Positions 22,881 through 35,916 of a stretch of 54,897 nucleotides of DNA are shown here, in pieces (the stretch's first letter is position 1; every line of letters begins with the position of its first letter). The stretch is from Octopus bimaculoides. Its lineage: Eukaryota. The notes beneath the pieces are model-generated. The model did no database searches. It was not told the origin of the DNA and saw nothing but the letters and a program-made list of their open reading frames with translations. The position numbers were made by a program, and so were the translations under genes. Location of the stretch: positions 56,377,224 to 56,432,120 of the forward strand of contig NC_068985.1 in the NCBI RefSeq assembly GCF_001194135.2, given 5' to 3'.

Positions 22881-25035
22881 CAGTAGAACCTTGCAGTACG
22901 AGTGCAGCACTGTACGAATAATTTGCTGTACTAGCCGAGGCTCCTGCGAATTTTTGTCTTGAATTACGAGCGGAGATCCGCAGTACGAGTGAGTTTCATA
23001 CAAGTGACTGCTTGTCGGCGCTGAGCTTGCATACGCTCTCCCAACAAGCGCAGTCTCCGCTCGCTCAGTTCACGTGTTAATCTTGGCTTGGTAACCTGTT
23101 GTGTTTTTCCCAGTGTTTTTGTTTAGTTTTGTGCATTTTTTGCTATTATCTTATAATAATTAGTTGTGTTAGCCATGGGTCCTAAGAATGACAGTGCTGA
23201 GAAGAAAAAGCTGACTACGATAGAATTAATGAAGAAAATCATTGATAAACATGAGAGAGGATTGCATGTAGTGGACATAACACGTCAATACGGCCGAAGC
23301 ACGTCGACAATCTGCACCATCCTGAAGAAAAAGGATGAGATCAAGACCGTTACAACAGCATATAGTGTCTCCAGGCTCTCTAAGCAACGAACATCTGTCC
23401 ACGAAAGGATGGAAAAATTGCTTCTCCTGTGGATCAACGTGAAGCAACTTGCAGAGGATAAGGTTATGGAGACCATCCCTTGCGAGAAAGCACGAGCGCT
23501 GTGTGGAGATCTCCCGAAGCAGATCCCTGGAACATCGACGGAGGAGACAGCAACAGACCCATTTAAGGCCATTCGCGGCTGGCTTAGTAATTTCAAGAAG
23601 AGGACTAGTGTTCATAGCGTCGTCAGGTATGGAGAAGCAGCAAGTTCTGACACGGAAGCAGCTGAAAATTTCGTGCGTGAATTCCGTCAGCATATCCTAG
23701 CCGAGGGGTACATCGCACAACAGGTATTAAACTGTGATGAAACTGGCCTTTTTGGAAAACAAAATGCCTAGAAGAACCTACATAATTGCAGAGGAGAAGA
23801 AAATGCTAGGCTACACGCCTATGGAAGATAGGCTAACTCACGCTCTTTGTACCAATGCGAGTGGAGAGTTGAAGATTAAGCAGCTCCTTGTCTACCATTT
23901 CGAAAACCTACGAGCGTTCAAGTCGCAGAAAATCCTGAAGGAGAAGCTGCAGGTCATGTGAAGGGCAAACGTTAAAGCCCGAGTCACAAGACAATTCTTC
24001 ACCGAGTGGGTCAACCTTGTCTTCGGACTAGCAATGAAAAAAGTATCTTCTGGAGAACAATCTTTCTCTCAAGGCCTTCCTCATCCTCGACTATGCTCCT
24101 GCTCATCCCACTAACTTCGTAAGTTATATCTTGGACGAATTTAAATTTATAACAGTTATGTACCTTTCACGAAACACTTCCCCTATCTTGCAGCCCATGG
24201 ACCAACAGGTGATTTCTAATTTTAAGAAATTGTACACCAAACACCTGTTTCCTCGGTGCTTTGAAGTCACCGATAAATATAAATGTAATCCTTCATGAGT
24301 TTTGAAAGGAGCACTACAACATTGTAAAATGCCTGAAAATCATCGATATAGTCAGGCAGTGTAACGGAGAATAGTGTAGCGGAGAAGGCTATCTCTACGA
24401 GTGATATAAAGACAGTGTTGGCAAAGCGACAGCATGTTTCTGAATTTGTGGAAGAGTATCCTGAAAAAGTAGCTACAGGTCGTGCAGCTGCTTTATTTAA
24501 TGCTACTTTTCGTAACATTTTGGAAGACAGGATAAAGCAAACTTCTCTTGATGTGTTTCTAATGAAACGACCTGCAAGTGTAAAAAGTGAAGAAAGTGTG
24601 TCCAAAAAGGCTAAATTAAGCGAAGTGAGAGAGAAAACGCTAGAAATTGTTCTTCATGAAATCTTAATGGAAGGAAATATCCTTCCGAACAGTAATCCTC
24701 TTCCTCCGCCTCCTTCCCGCTCTATCGTCTTCCTTGCGCATAAATTGTCCCATCTTTAAAGTAATTCAGTTAATAAAACCAGTTTACTTATTTCTTATGC
24801 ATTCTCTTCTTTATAATTGTAATTTTACTTGCAACTACACCTTTTCTGTTTTAAAACTTGTAACTACACGTTTTCAGCTTTAAAAACCATATTTTTGGGT
24901 GGTTTTGGGGGGCTGGAACGGATTAATTATATTTTAGTTAATTTCAATAGGGAAAATTGATTTGTAAAACGAGTAAGTCATAAAACGAGCTCGGTCATGG
25001 AACGAATTAAATTCGTACTGCGAGGTATCACTCTG
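22881..25035 (+). mobile_element. Tigger/pogo DNA transposon, near full length, TA TSD
   Basis: TIRs are TA|CAGTAGAACCTTGCAGTACGA and TCGTACTGCGAGGTATCACTCTG|TA, enclosing a pogo transposase. Confidence 0.92.
23175..24759 (+). pseudogene. Tigger (TIGD1-like) transposase, frameshifted: HTH_psq, CENP-B HTH and DDE_1
   Basis: MGPK...KKKLTTIELMKKII; FKAIRGWLSNFKKR; NCDETGLF then frameshift to KMPRRTYI...DRLT..LCTNASG; QPMDQQVISNFKK. Stops and frameshifts, with an apparent deletion near 24350. Confidence 0.88.
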
Positions 25036-25099
25036 TATATATGTATATATATATATATATATAGAGAGAGTTATTAATATTTCTAAGTCTCTCTAAAGG

Positions 25100-25242
25100 A
25101 GACTACGGCAGCGGTACTGGAAATTAATAGTTATCGCCAAGCCAACATGGCAGTCCCAAAATTAGGACGAAAGCTGCCGTGAATTAGCTCCAAGAAGCCA
25201 TCACCTCTAGCTAGCTATGTGACACACGAAACCTGTGTCATG
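25100..25242 (+). repeat. Short repeat-like segment with hammerhead-like stem II-GAAA
   Basis: GTCC-CAAAATTA-GGAC-GAAA at 25153-25172. ACGGCAGC (25105-12) is complementary to GCTGCCGT (25173-80). Confidence 0.4.
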
Positions 25243-25327
25243 NNNNNNNNNNNNNNNNNNNNNNNNNNNNNNNNNNNNNNNNNNNNNNNNNNNNNNNNNN
25301 NNNNNNNNNNNNNNNNNNNNNNNNNNN

Positions 25328-25361
<34 letters not shown>

Positions 25362-27370
25362 GCGCGTTCGTGTGTGTGTGTATGTGTGTGTGTATGTGTG
25401 TGTGTGCGTGTGTGTGTGTGTGTGTGTATGTATATAAATTCACCGCTGCGAATGTCCTCAGATCTATCTCTGCTTTTATTATTATCTCTCTGTGTTGTCA
25501 GAGATACTGTCCGATAGAAATCTTCGAGCTACACTAACAGGCTAAATCCCACATAATGATATCTCCCTCGCCTGGAGTATATAATTATAGGAGCTCGTTG
25601 TTAAATAAATACCTCAGAGAGACACACACACATATCCGCCATTATATTATGTTCAGTAGCGTTGGCACATTTCCAGAGATTTGCTTTAGATTATAAACGA
25701 GCCATTTAACCAAGACATACATTCATGCATGTATGTAAATATGTATACATATTTATATCTATGCATAGATATACATACATGCATACATACGTATATACAT
25801 ACATACTTACAATCATACACACACACACATATATATATACATGTATATATGTATATATATTTATGTATGTGCGTGTATGCATATAGGCATACATGGACTC
25901 TCTCCACTAAACATTCGCACTTGTTTTGTTTGAGAACGTACTTTACGAAAAGATATGCTTTCGAAGGACTTCCAGATTCAAAGAATATCTTCGCTTTTTT
26001 AAAGAACGACGTATTTCTTTATCGAGGAAGAAGCAAAATTATAAATTGTATTGCGATTAAAATGTCGGCTATAAGGAGCTGAAATTGGTGGAAAGTGTCA
26101 TTTTGATCAATTCGTCGCCTGTTGACAAGTATTCGTGAGAACGATCATCGAAATTTCGTTGTCGATATGAGCAGGGTGTTAATGTTTGATTGCTTAACTT
26201 GATACAAGACAAACCAACTATAGAAATATAATACCAATGTGCCATTAAAGAAAGATATGGTGATGGCGGTGTTGGCAGTGACAGTGGTAATGGAGGTGGA
26301 GAGGTTGAAAGTGCTTGCGAGAAGAGGCGTCGTTGTAAATGGAGATGTGTGAAGAGGCGTAAAAGATAGAGGAAAGAGTATGTATTTATATATGTGTATG
26401 GGTGTGTATGTATGTATGTGTTTATACGTATGTGTATTTATGTATGAGTATGTTTGATGTATGTGTATATTGTATATATCCTTATGTTTGTATGTATACA
26501 TCTCTTTGTATGTATTCATAGCTGTTTGTATGCATGTGTATGATTGTATGTATCTGCCTGTTTGTATGTATGTGTATATATTTGTATGCGTATGGGTGTG
26601 TATGTATATGATTATATGTATAAGTATGNNNNNNNNNNNNNNNNNNNNNNNNNNNNNNNNNNNNNNNNNNNNNNNNNNNNNNNNNNNNNNNNNNNNNNNN
26701 NNNNNNNNNNNNNNNNNNNNNNNNNNNNNNNNNNNNNNNNNNNNNNNNNNNNNNNNNNNNNNNNNNNNNNNNNNNNNNNNNNNNNNNNNNNNNNNNNNNN
26801 NNNNNNNNNNNNNNNNNNNNNNNNNNNNNNNNNNNNNNNNNNNNNNNNNNNNNNNNNNNNNNNNNNNNNNNNNNNNNNNNNNNNNNNNNNNNNNNNNNNN
26901 NNNNNNNNNNNNNNNNNNNNNNNNNNNNNNNNNNNNNNNNNNNNNNNNNNNNNNNNNNNNNNNNNNNNNNNNNNNNNNNNNNNNNNNNNNNNNNNNNNNN
27001 NNNNNNNNNNNNNNNNNNNNNNNNNNNNNNNNNNNNNNNNNNNNNNNNNNNNNNNNNNNNNNNNNNNNNNNNNNNNNNNNNNNNNNNNNNNNNNNNNNNN
27101 NNNNNNNNNNNNNNNNNNNNNNNNNNNNNNNNNNNNNNNNNNNNNNNNNNNNNNNNNNNNNNNNNNNNNNNNNNNNNNNNNNNNNNNNNNNNNNNNNNNN
27201 NNNNNNNNNNNNNNNNNNNNNNNNNNNNNNNNNNNNNNNNNNNNNNNNNNNNNNNNNNNNNNNNNNNNNNNNNNNNNNNNNNNNNNNNNNNTATGCGTAT
27301 CAGTGCATATATGTATATGTTTGTTTCATGTATATTTTAGTTTTTACGTATTGGTATATGTACGTATGCG

Positions 27371-27421
<51 letters not shown>

Positions 27422-27719
27422 GTCTGTCTGTCTGTCTGTCTGTCTGTCTCAGCTGAAATATCTTAAAAGAACCACGTCGCAAGTAGGAGCGAAAGACATG
27501 CTGTGTGGGAAAATCTGAAAATATGCGAATGTCTGTGACTAATATGTCTCAACTTTAATAATGCTAATGCTGTTTGAGATTGAACTATGTCATATCGATC
27601 AGCTAGCGAGCGGAAGAAAGTAATGTGCAATAATTTATATGCCTGCTTCTTGAACCAAGCCAGACCTGACAAAGCAAACCTAGGATCAAATTGACTTCAT
27701 CCTGATTATAAATTTTCAG

Positions 27720-27890
27720 ATATGCTTGGCTGTGTGGTCAAGAAGTTCGCTATGCAACTATGTGATTTGTTGCTTAGTCTCACTTGGCACATTGAACAAG
27801 CGCCTTCTACTATGGTGCCGGTGCTATCAACGCCGGGGCAAGAAACTTCATTTCACGTTACTCTAGTTTATTGAGCTGCAAATATATACC
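27720..27890 (+). mobile_element. Degraded SINE; family A-like head joined to a family C-like block
   Basis: TGGCTGTGTGG head, then GCAAGAAACTTCATTTCACGTTACTCTAG as in 21137-21165. Confidence 0.4.
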
Positions 27891-28039
27891 AGCACAGTGC
27901 AGGTGCAAGCCAATGTCTCTCTCTCCTTCCATTTGTCACATCCTGGATGTTCTTCTGGCACGAGGTCGGTGGATCGAGAATGAGTTTATGTCTGCCCGCA
28001 AATACTTAGCGTTTAAAGTAATTAGCGAAAACCTTGTGT

Positions 28040-28172
28040 AGTCTACCGGGTTACTCGATCGCAAATAACGACTGATTTCAGAAATATGAAAGACAACTTA
28101 GCCTGTCGGATTTGGATTTAGAAACATGTTAGGACGCAGGAGAATACCGACAGGCATTTTGCGCAGCAATCT
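28040..28172 (-). mobile_element. SINE family B, degraded
   Basis: GATTTGGATTTAGAAAC...GAATACCGACAGGCATTTTGCG resembles the reverse complement of the family B head. Confidence 0.4.
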
Positions 28173-28174
28173 AA

Positions 28175-28275
28175 TACGAGAGTCTGCTGAAAAGTTCATA
28201 TGTTGACCAAGACGGAACGTGACCAAATGAAATTTATTTTTCAATATAGTATCCCTACGTTCTACACACTTTAAG
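28175..28275 (-). mobile_element. Mariner 3' end with TIR
   Basis: TA|CGAGAGTCTGCTGAAAAGTTC TIR-like end. Minus strand reads KCVERR..YIEK* (with a frameshift), a mariner C-terminus. Confidence 0.5.
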
Positions 28276-29652
28276 TATGATACATGGATGATTATTAATA
28301 ATTATTCTTGTGATCGTTAGAACAAAAGGGTTCTTGGGGACCACTAATTTCTAATATAAACCCCACTCGAATCATATTTTGGTGCTAGAAGAATAATTAA
28401 TCATAATGACCGCACTGCTTGGTTGGTAAATATTCTATTGTGCACTGAAAGCCTACATCGGCAAGAGTTGAACTTAAAATGTAAAGAGAGGTATGTAAAT
28501 GTTCGCAACGTTTTTGACACAATTCTACACTTTTTACCATTGGTTGCCATTTTTATTGCTTTATTACTGGCAATTAAAATAGAAATCTTTGTCAAAGGAC
28601 AAATTTGTTAGAAGTAGCACCAGAAATAATGAGAAATAATGAGCTTGCATGATCCTAGCGATCCAGAGTCGTTTTATATTTTGCGGGTGGTACTTTGTAT
28701 TTAGTGTAAATAAACATTAGAGAAGATATAAAATATTTGCATTGCAATAAATTTGATATGTATGATAACTGGAATCACGAATATCGCGCCATTAATTGGC
28801 ACACAAACTCTTTAACTTTAATTAAGCAATCTATTATTAAGCAAGTCTCTTCCCGTTTATAAATGGTTAACTGACACATCAAAGTACATAAAATACCTTT
28901 CAAATTGATAAATGATCTATAAATTTGATTCAATGCGTATCGCATATATACAGGAAAACAAACAAAAAAGCGTACACATGCACACACACATACCACGAAT
29001 AAACATCCTCAGCGTGCGTGTTTGTATAGGTTTATATATGTGTTTTTATGTATACATAAATCATAAATACACGCATGCACATATACATGCATATATATAT
29101 ATATATATANNNNNNNNNNNNNNNNNNNNNNNNNNNNNNNNNNNNNNNNNNNNNNNNNNNNNNNNNNNNNNNNNNNNNNNNNNNNNNNNNNNNNNNNNNN
29201 NNNNNNNNNNNNNNNNNNNNNNNNNNNNNNNNNNNNNNNNNNNNNNNNNNNNNNNNNNNNNNNNNNNNNNNNNNNNNNNNNNNNNNNNNNNNNNNNNNNN
29301 NNNNNNNNNNNNNNNNNNNNNNNNNNNNNNNNNNNNNNNNNNNNNNNNNNNNNNNNNNNNNNNNNNNNNNNNNNNNNNNNNNNNNNNNNNNNNNNNNNNN
29401 NNNNNNNNNNNNNNNNNNNNNNNNNNNNNNNNNNNNNNNNNNNNNNNNNNNNNNNNNNNNNNNNNNNNNNNNNNNNNNNNNNNNNNNNNNNNNNNNNNNN
29501 NNNNNNNNNNNNNNNNNNNNNNNNNNNNNNNNNNNNNNNNNNNNNNNNNNNNNNNNTATATATAAATGCTTATGTACATATATGTATATCTATGTCTATA
29601 TATCTTTATTTAACTCTCTATTTTCTCTGTCTATCTGTCTGTCTGTCTGTCT

Positions 29653-29745
<93 letters not shown>

Positions 29746-29995
29746 AGGTTGTCGTCAACTTAAATTTAGATTTAATCACTTTCTCAATGCAGACATATGC
29801 TCACAAGAGACTTACGCGTTTAAAACAATCCAAATTAGGAACCTATGGGCTGTCAAATAGCTTCCCATTATTGATTTTCTTTTCAATTTTTTTTGTGATA
29901 ATTATAACCCAGAATTTTATTAAGGATCTTATCAACAGCATGTCTGTTGTGCATTTGTCTAAGATGAATTTTCAATTCGGCAGCAGGTAACATAT

Positions 29996-31000
29996 TTAAC
30001 CATAAAGGACATCAGTGTTTAAATGAGTCTGTATGCATATAAAAATCGCATGTTAGTTCCATGTTATTTGTCCTTTTGAATGAAAAACTTTTATACACTT
30101 TTTAAAATGTATCCTGACTGCAGACGGCACAAGCGAGATTGTCTCTGCACCTTCTGAATGTAGGTGTAGAGATAATCATTTGTTAGTTTTCAGATATTAT
30201 ATTTCATCATTTGATAGACAATCCAGGCTTACTCAAACTGCTAGATATTTTTCATAGTTATAGGCCACCATTTCCTTTTGTTCAATCCGTACCATTTTCA
30301 ATGTATGGTGCTGATGTACAAGGACTTAGAGTAGTTTTTGTTTTTGCGAAGTCATGAAATTTTTGTTTTTGGTTTGTGCTTGGGACATTTATTGGGAACT
30401 AATTCTTCATAATGTAAGAGTTTCGGAAGCCAGAAATGATCATCAATGCAGATGACATGACAGACATATCACGTATAGCATATAAGGAGGTGGGCTTCCA
30501 TACTGACGCAGCACACCTTCCCCCTTCCTGTGTCAGATGTAAGAGATTTTCAAATTATATTTAACGAAATCCCTACACACCTCTGGTAAAATCTTTAGAA
30601 TATTCTCACCAAATGTCAATATGGGGTACATATCTAAGATGAATATTGCAGGGATTTAATAAAGCAAATATTGCAGATGCAATATTTAGTGGAAAGTTTT
30701 AAGCCTCTATTTGACCACATACCTTTCCCCAGTATCCAAAGGGAATTTGAAATTTCTCTCCATTAGAATCTAAGGACCAGCTCTGGCAACAGAGTTGCCG
30801 GGATGCGCAAAACACCTCTGGCGAGAATTTTATCAGTAGTTACACAGAAAGGGAGGGCTGTCTTAGAATGGAAGCTCACCCAGCAAATGCCATATGTGGT
30901 GAGTTGGTTATGTCATCCATCTTGATGCATTCAAACCCTCAAAGCAATTGCTTTATGGGGAATTAGTTCTCGGTAAGCTTCTCTGCACAAATAAATTAAA
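29996..31000 (-). mobile_element. Possible decayed piggyBac-like transposase 3' region
   Basis: Minus strand KRKWWPI....AWIVY, then RQSRLCRL...KKC..FH (CRD-like). TTAA|CC at 29996. Many stops. Confidence 0.3.
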
Positions 31001-31029
31001 ATAGAAAAATATTTCTTGACATCACGAAA

Positions 31030-31355
31030 AGAAGCCTAATCATTGGTCAAGTATATTTCATGCCATACGCATATCTAGAACAGGTGTAAACAACGTCCTA
31101 GTTTTCTTCATGGCTATTAGCTGCGACTGTCTGGTCACTGCGTGCTCCACCCTATACTGGAAGTATCCAAGTTAATCTCATGGAACCCACTTCATGGTGA
31201 TGTAAGAAGAGGAAAACGTCGTCACACTTACATCGACAACTTGATTGCAGATACTGGCCTGGAATGTATCTAGAACTTCGAGGCATTGATGATGGACCGA
31301 GAAGTGTGGCAGGTGAACTTTGTTGCTGCGATCGGGATTGGAATTCGGCCATAAT
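31030..31355 (+). mobile_element. RTE-clade LINE 3' end
   Basis: LRLSGHCVLHPILEVSKLISWNPLHGDVRRGKRRHTYIDNLIADTGL...LMMDREVW, followed by an A-rich tail. Confidence 0.75.
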
Positions 31356-32611
31356 AAATAAAAATAAAAAGTTCAAATCAGTAGAGGCACTGGAGAAGTG
31401 TTCATTACTTTCTGAATATTGGCCAGTGGCCCACCCTCTTCAACGTTCAATAAACCGTGAACTAGATTGTGAATCTTAAAACGATTCAGATTAAACTGCT
31501 TACATGTGTTATAGCGGACAGAGATACTCAGATCACTCCCTTTAGATACATAAGCATTGATTGCGAATTATATGGAGAATAAAGTTGGTGCAAGTATATT
31601 TCTTCCGCTAGACTACTGAAATTGGTTACTTGGCAGCCAAGAGTACTCTTTACCGTCAATTAGTCCTTAATACCATTGTATAGTTGGACAAACAAATTAA
31701 AAATCTTGAGTCGGCACTTCAGCATTCTCAGGATTCTCAGTGTCAAAGGCTTTGAAAAATCATTTTTCTTGCAAGTGTCTAACACTAACGATCGTAGCTC
31801 TAGCATCTCTGCTGTGTTTGAATTTACACTGAGAATCTGGGACGACGATGAAGCATATATGTCCGTAGAAGATTCAATAAACGTGTGACGAAAATCTCCC
31901 TTGTAAGGAAATACCATAAATATGTGTTTTATCAAGCTGTACATTGCTTTAGAGTCCTTTTTGTCGAAGACTAGTTGACTATCTGTCGCTATATTTAATC
32001 ACCTTACATGCTTCATCGCCTTTACTTCTCCCTGCAAACTGGTTTAAATTGTTTCAAGAATTCCTCTACATTCGTTCATTTCCAAATAAATTTAGAGTCA
32101 AGCGTTTTCTACAGTGATAAAAGCAATATTTTCCTGAGTTCAGATATTTCTGAGATATTGTCATCGAACCAAACTTTGAGATTGAGTGTCATGTATTTCA
32201 AAATATTGGTAGAGATGGCACAAACTTTGCTGCTTAAGTTAACAAGAGCTTTACAAAAAGATATAGCTATTGTAAGGTTTCCGGGTTTTTCAACATTCCG
32301 CTGTTTCGGAACTTTAGTATTATTTGGAGGTAAACTTTACCCTAACTACCATTTTCATTTAGCCCTACAAGTTGTGATTCGTAGAATATATAACACCATG
32401 CTATAGAGGTCACAAATGTCATGGTTATGTATGATGACGAAGACAATAATATGACTCTCTTTCGAACGATGTTGCCTCTAGGTTTAAGTTTATGATGGGA
32501 GAGAATATTGTCTGTTCAGAACACAGGTAACAGAGCTGCCGCAGGCGAAGCCTGCAAGATATTTTCTCCGACACTTTACTGACAGGGCAAACAAGAAGGT
32601 TATTTTTTGTT

Positions 32612-32656
<45 letters not shown>

Positions 32657-33369
32657 NNNNNNNNNNNNNNNNNNNNNNNNNNNNNNNNNNNNNNNNNNNN
32701 NNNNNNNNNNNNNNNNNNNNNNNNNNNNNNNNNNNNNNNNNNNNNNNNNNNNNNNNNNNNNNNNNNNNNNNNNNNNNNNNNNNNNNNNNNNNNNNNNNNN
32801 NNNNNNNNNNNNNNNNNNNNNNNNNNNNNNNNNNNNNNNNNNNNNNNNNNNNNNNNNNNNNNNNNNNNNNNNNNNNNNNNNNNNNNNNNNNNNNNNNNNN
32901 NNNNNNNNNNNNNNNNNNNNNNNNNNNNNNNNNNNNNNNNNNNNNNNNNNNNNNNNNNNNNNNNNNNNNNNNNNNNNNNNNNNNNNNNNNNNNNNNNNNN
33001 NNNNNNNNNNNNNNNNNNNNNNNNNNNNNNNNNNNNNNNNNNNNNNNNNNNNNNNNNNNNNNNNNNNNNNNNNNNNNNNNNNNNNNNNNNNNNNNNNNNN
33101 NNNNNNNNNNNNNNNNNNNNNNNNNNNNNNNNNNNNNNNNNNNNNNNNNNNNNNNNNNNNNNNNNNNNNNNNNNNNNNNNNNNNNNNNNNNNNNNNNNNN
33201 NNNNNCACACATACACACATGCGTATATAAAGAGTGGTGCATCATTCTGATTTCTTTTGTCAGATGCTATTTATCTAGAGAATAAAAATCTTAGGGGTGC
33301 CAATTTCATGCGTAGACAAAAATAGGTAAGTTTCCGTTAAAATATTTAGTATAAGAAGTATAAATAAAC

Positions 33370-33580
33370 ATTTCTACCATAGACAAAAGGCCTGAAGTTT
33401 TGACGGACAGGGTAAGTCGATTACATCAATCTTAATGCTCAACTAGTATTAATTTTATCGACCCTGAAAGGATGAAAAGCTAAGACGACGTCGATGGAAT
33501 CTGAATTCAAAACATAAAGACAGATGAAATGTCGCTAAGCATTTTGTTCAGCGTGCTAACGACTGCCAGCTCACCGCCTT
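33370..33580 (-). mobile_element. SINE family B, full length
   Basis: Ends in CTGCCAGCTCACCGCC (reverse complement of head) and contains TTTATCGACCCTGAAAGGATGAAAAG. Confidence 0.8.
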
Positions 33581-33754
33581 AAAGACACAAATGATAAAAG
33601 GTTTTGAGTGTCACTTGAAAGCGAGTATAGATTGGTTGCATGTACCACACTTTTGCTAATTGTTTTACATAGTTTATGTAGTTACGAACAACATAATCAC
33701 TCTTTCGACCTTTCCTTTGGACCCAAGGGACTGGGAAGATATGGCCGCTGGAAG

Positions 33755-33757
<3 letters not shown>

Positions 33758-33814
<57 letters not shown>
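33758..33814. repeat. (GA)n microsatellite
   Basis: Perfect run. Confidence 0.95.
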
Positions 33815-33817
<3 letters not shown>

Positions 33818-33982
33818 GTCGCTTTAGACGGCTGGTACTGTTTTTCTGATGAGAAACTTGAGAAACATGAAAAAAGTGACTTGTTCAAGAACACAATGCA
33901 CGCCTGTTTCATGAATTGAACCTAATCTCACAACTTAATAATGGTGAGACAGACACACTAATCATTAGTCAACGCACCTCCT
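33815..33982 (-). mobile_element. tRNA-derived SINE related to family C
   Basis: TTGTTCAAGAACACAATGC and GAATTGAACC match the reverse complement of the 21065 head. Confidence 0.5.
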
Positions 33983-34969
33983 CATTAAAAATCCTAACAA
34001 CAAAAATAATGCCGTAAAAATAAAGCCAAACTACATTAATATTCAAACACTAATATCACTTTGTAATTATGTCGGCAATCACCGGAGACGACTACGTTGT
34101 CTAATACATCCATTTTAACACAATAGGATGTGGTTTGGAAGGCGGTTTGGCTGTTGTTTCATGCAGGTAGGGCGGTCATTATCTCATTGGATTTATTTCA
34201 AGATATAATTTTCAATGAAGGTCACTACGCAATTGCTAGAGGACTAAGGTGGGATAATCAAAATTTTGGTATTATTTAATCAATATTAACTGAAACAGAA
34301 ATTAATTACTTCTTGAATATTATTATTCTGAAGGTCCAAACTAATCTAGGAAATCACTCATTAATATTGATTGTTTCAAAGATTTTTCACCATAAAATTC
34401 TTTAGAAATATGAAGGCAATAAAAACGGTACTGTAAAGGTTTTCATTTAGAATAGAACTAGTGTTGTCGTTCTTGTTATGGTTGTTGTTGTTGATGTTAT
34501 TGTTGCTGTTGTTGTTATTGATGATGTTGAGGTTGTTGACATTCATATGGATGTTGCTGATGTCTGTTTTTTTTTTTGCTGTAGGTATTTTTTTGGTGGT
34601 TGTTCTTGTTTTTGTTGTTGGATTTGTTGTTAATGACGATGTTATTATTCTTTACACTTTTGTTGTTGATGTTCATGTTAGTATTCGCGATTGCTTCATT
34701 CCTGTTGTTGATGTTATTGTTACTGAGTATCTCTGGTAGTCATTTAATAGAGAGATCTTACTCAGGGAAACACATGCTCTGTAGAACACAGAGATGTTAC
34801 TCAATGGAACACATATGAGTAACTGTCCACACTCCTACAATAGATGTGCAAAGCTTCAGTGGTCTGGTACATTCTCTCCGACTTGCAGTGACTGGAAGTA
34901 TATGTGTGTATGTATGTATGTATGTATGTATGTATGTATGTATGTATGTATGTATGTATTTGTTTATTG

Positions 34970-35884
34970 ACTGAAGAAAGAAGGTCACGTCCTTTTTCCC
35001 TGACCCTCGAATTGTTGTCTTTCCTGTCTGCCTTTGTAGCGTCCTTCTGTCCAAATGTTTTATTGTTTTCTATTGCGTTTTTGTTCCATTTTTATATTTA
35101 TATATACACATAGCGGCGTACTTACATACTTGTATTCACCTTATAGTAAGTATGTATCTAAATTTTGTACGATTCTTTTATTCTGTCTTTTAGTCCCCCC
35201 TCATATTTTCTTCCTCCTTTCTTTTCCACCCCCTCTCTTTCACACTTCTGGCCCTCTCTTTCGTTAACACCCACTTTTCGTCCTCGTTTATCTCCCCTGT
35301 ACCTTTCCCGTTGTCTCTTTGATTTGTTTCCTTCAATCTCGCTAGCCTCTACCCTCTCTCCTCCTTCCACGTGACCGGTGTCCGGCCAGCCATGATCTTT
35401 CTTTCTTGGCCTGACTGCCGACCGCCAACACCTCTTATACCACTTCCTATGTTCCTGCCTTAAGGTTTTCACTTTATACACGCCAGCTCAATTTGATGCG
35501 TCCTCAGTCGAAAAACACCTGTTATATTCCTGTTTGCATTTGTAATTGTGTACTATGTTCTACGTTTTTTTTCTTTGTTGCCGTACACTTTCGCTAGTTT
35601 TCTTACAAAAAATCTAATGCTCTTAGCTTAGACATTTTTGTGTGTGCGTGTGTGTGTGTGGTGGGGGGGAGGCAACCAGATCGAACAGTCTCATGTGTAA
35701 CTTCCCGAAACTATAAGGATATCTGGAAACTTAACTGAAGAAAGAAGGTCATGAATGACCCGTCCTTTTTTCCCTATCTCTATAATTGTTATTTTTCCTG
35801 TCCCTCTAACTGTTGTTTTTCCTATCCGCCTTGGTATCGTCTATTTATTGCCCTCTGTTGTGTTTTTGTTCCATTTTTTATATT

Positions 35885-35889
<5 letters not shown>
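34970..35889 (+). mobile_element. Direct-repeat-bounded Penelope-like tail remnant (repeats 34970-35102 and 35734-35889)
   Basis: Both repeats start ACTGAAGAAAGAAGGTCA and end TTTGTTCCATTTTT(T)ATATTTA, around a pyrimidine-rich spacer. Confidence 0.45.

Positions 35890-35916
<27 letters not shown>

Noticed and set aside
28360-28611. 84-codon open frame with an AG|GTATGT donor-like site
   Set aside because: No recognisable homology, weak acceptor, and it overlaps the edge of a mariner relic.
31700-31750. LRILRMLK resembling a voltage-sensor S4 helix
   Set aside because: Only three basic positions in register and no neighbouring transmembrane segments.
32541-32555. GCAGGC-GAA-GCCTGC stable mini-hairpin as a Helitron 3' end
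   Set aside because: No CTRR terminus at the expected distance.
34461-34739. Poly-Leu/Val hydrophobic ORF
   Set aside because: It is a degenerate (GTT)n microsatellite.
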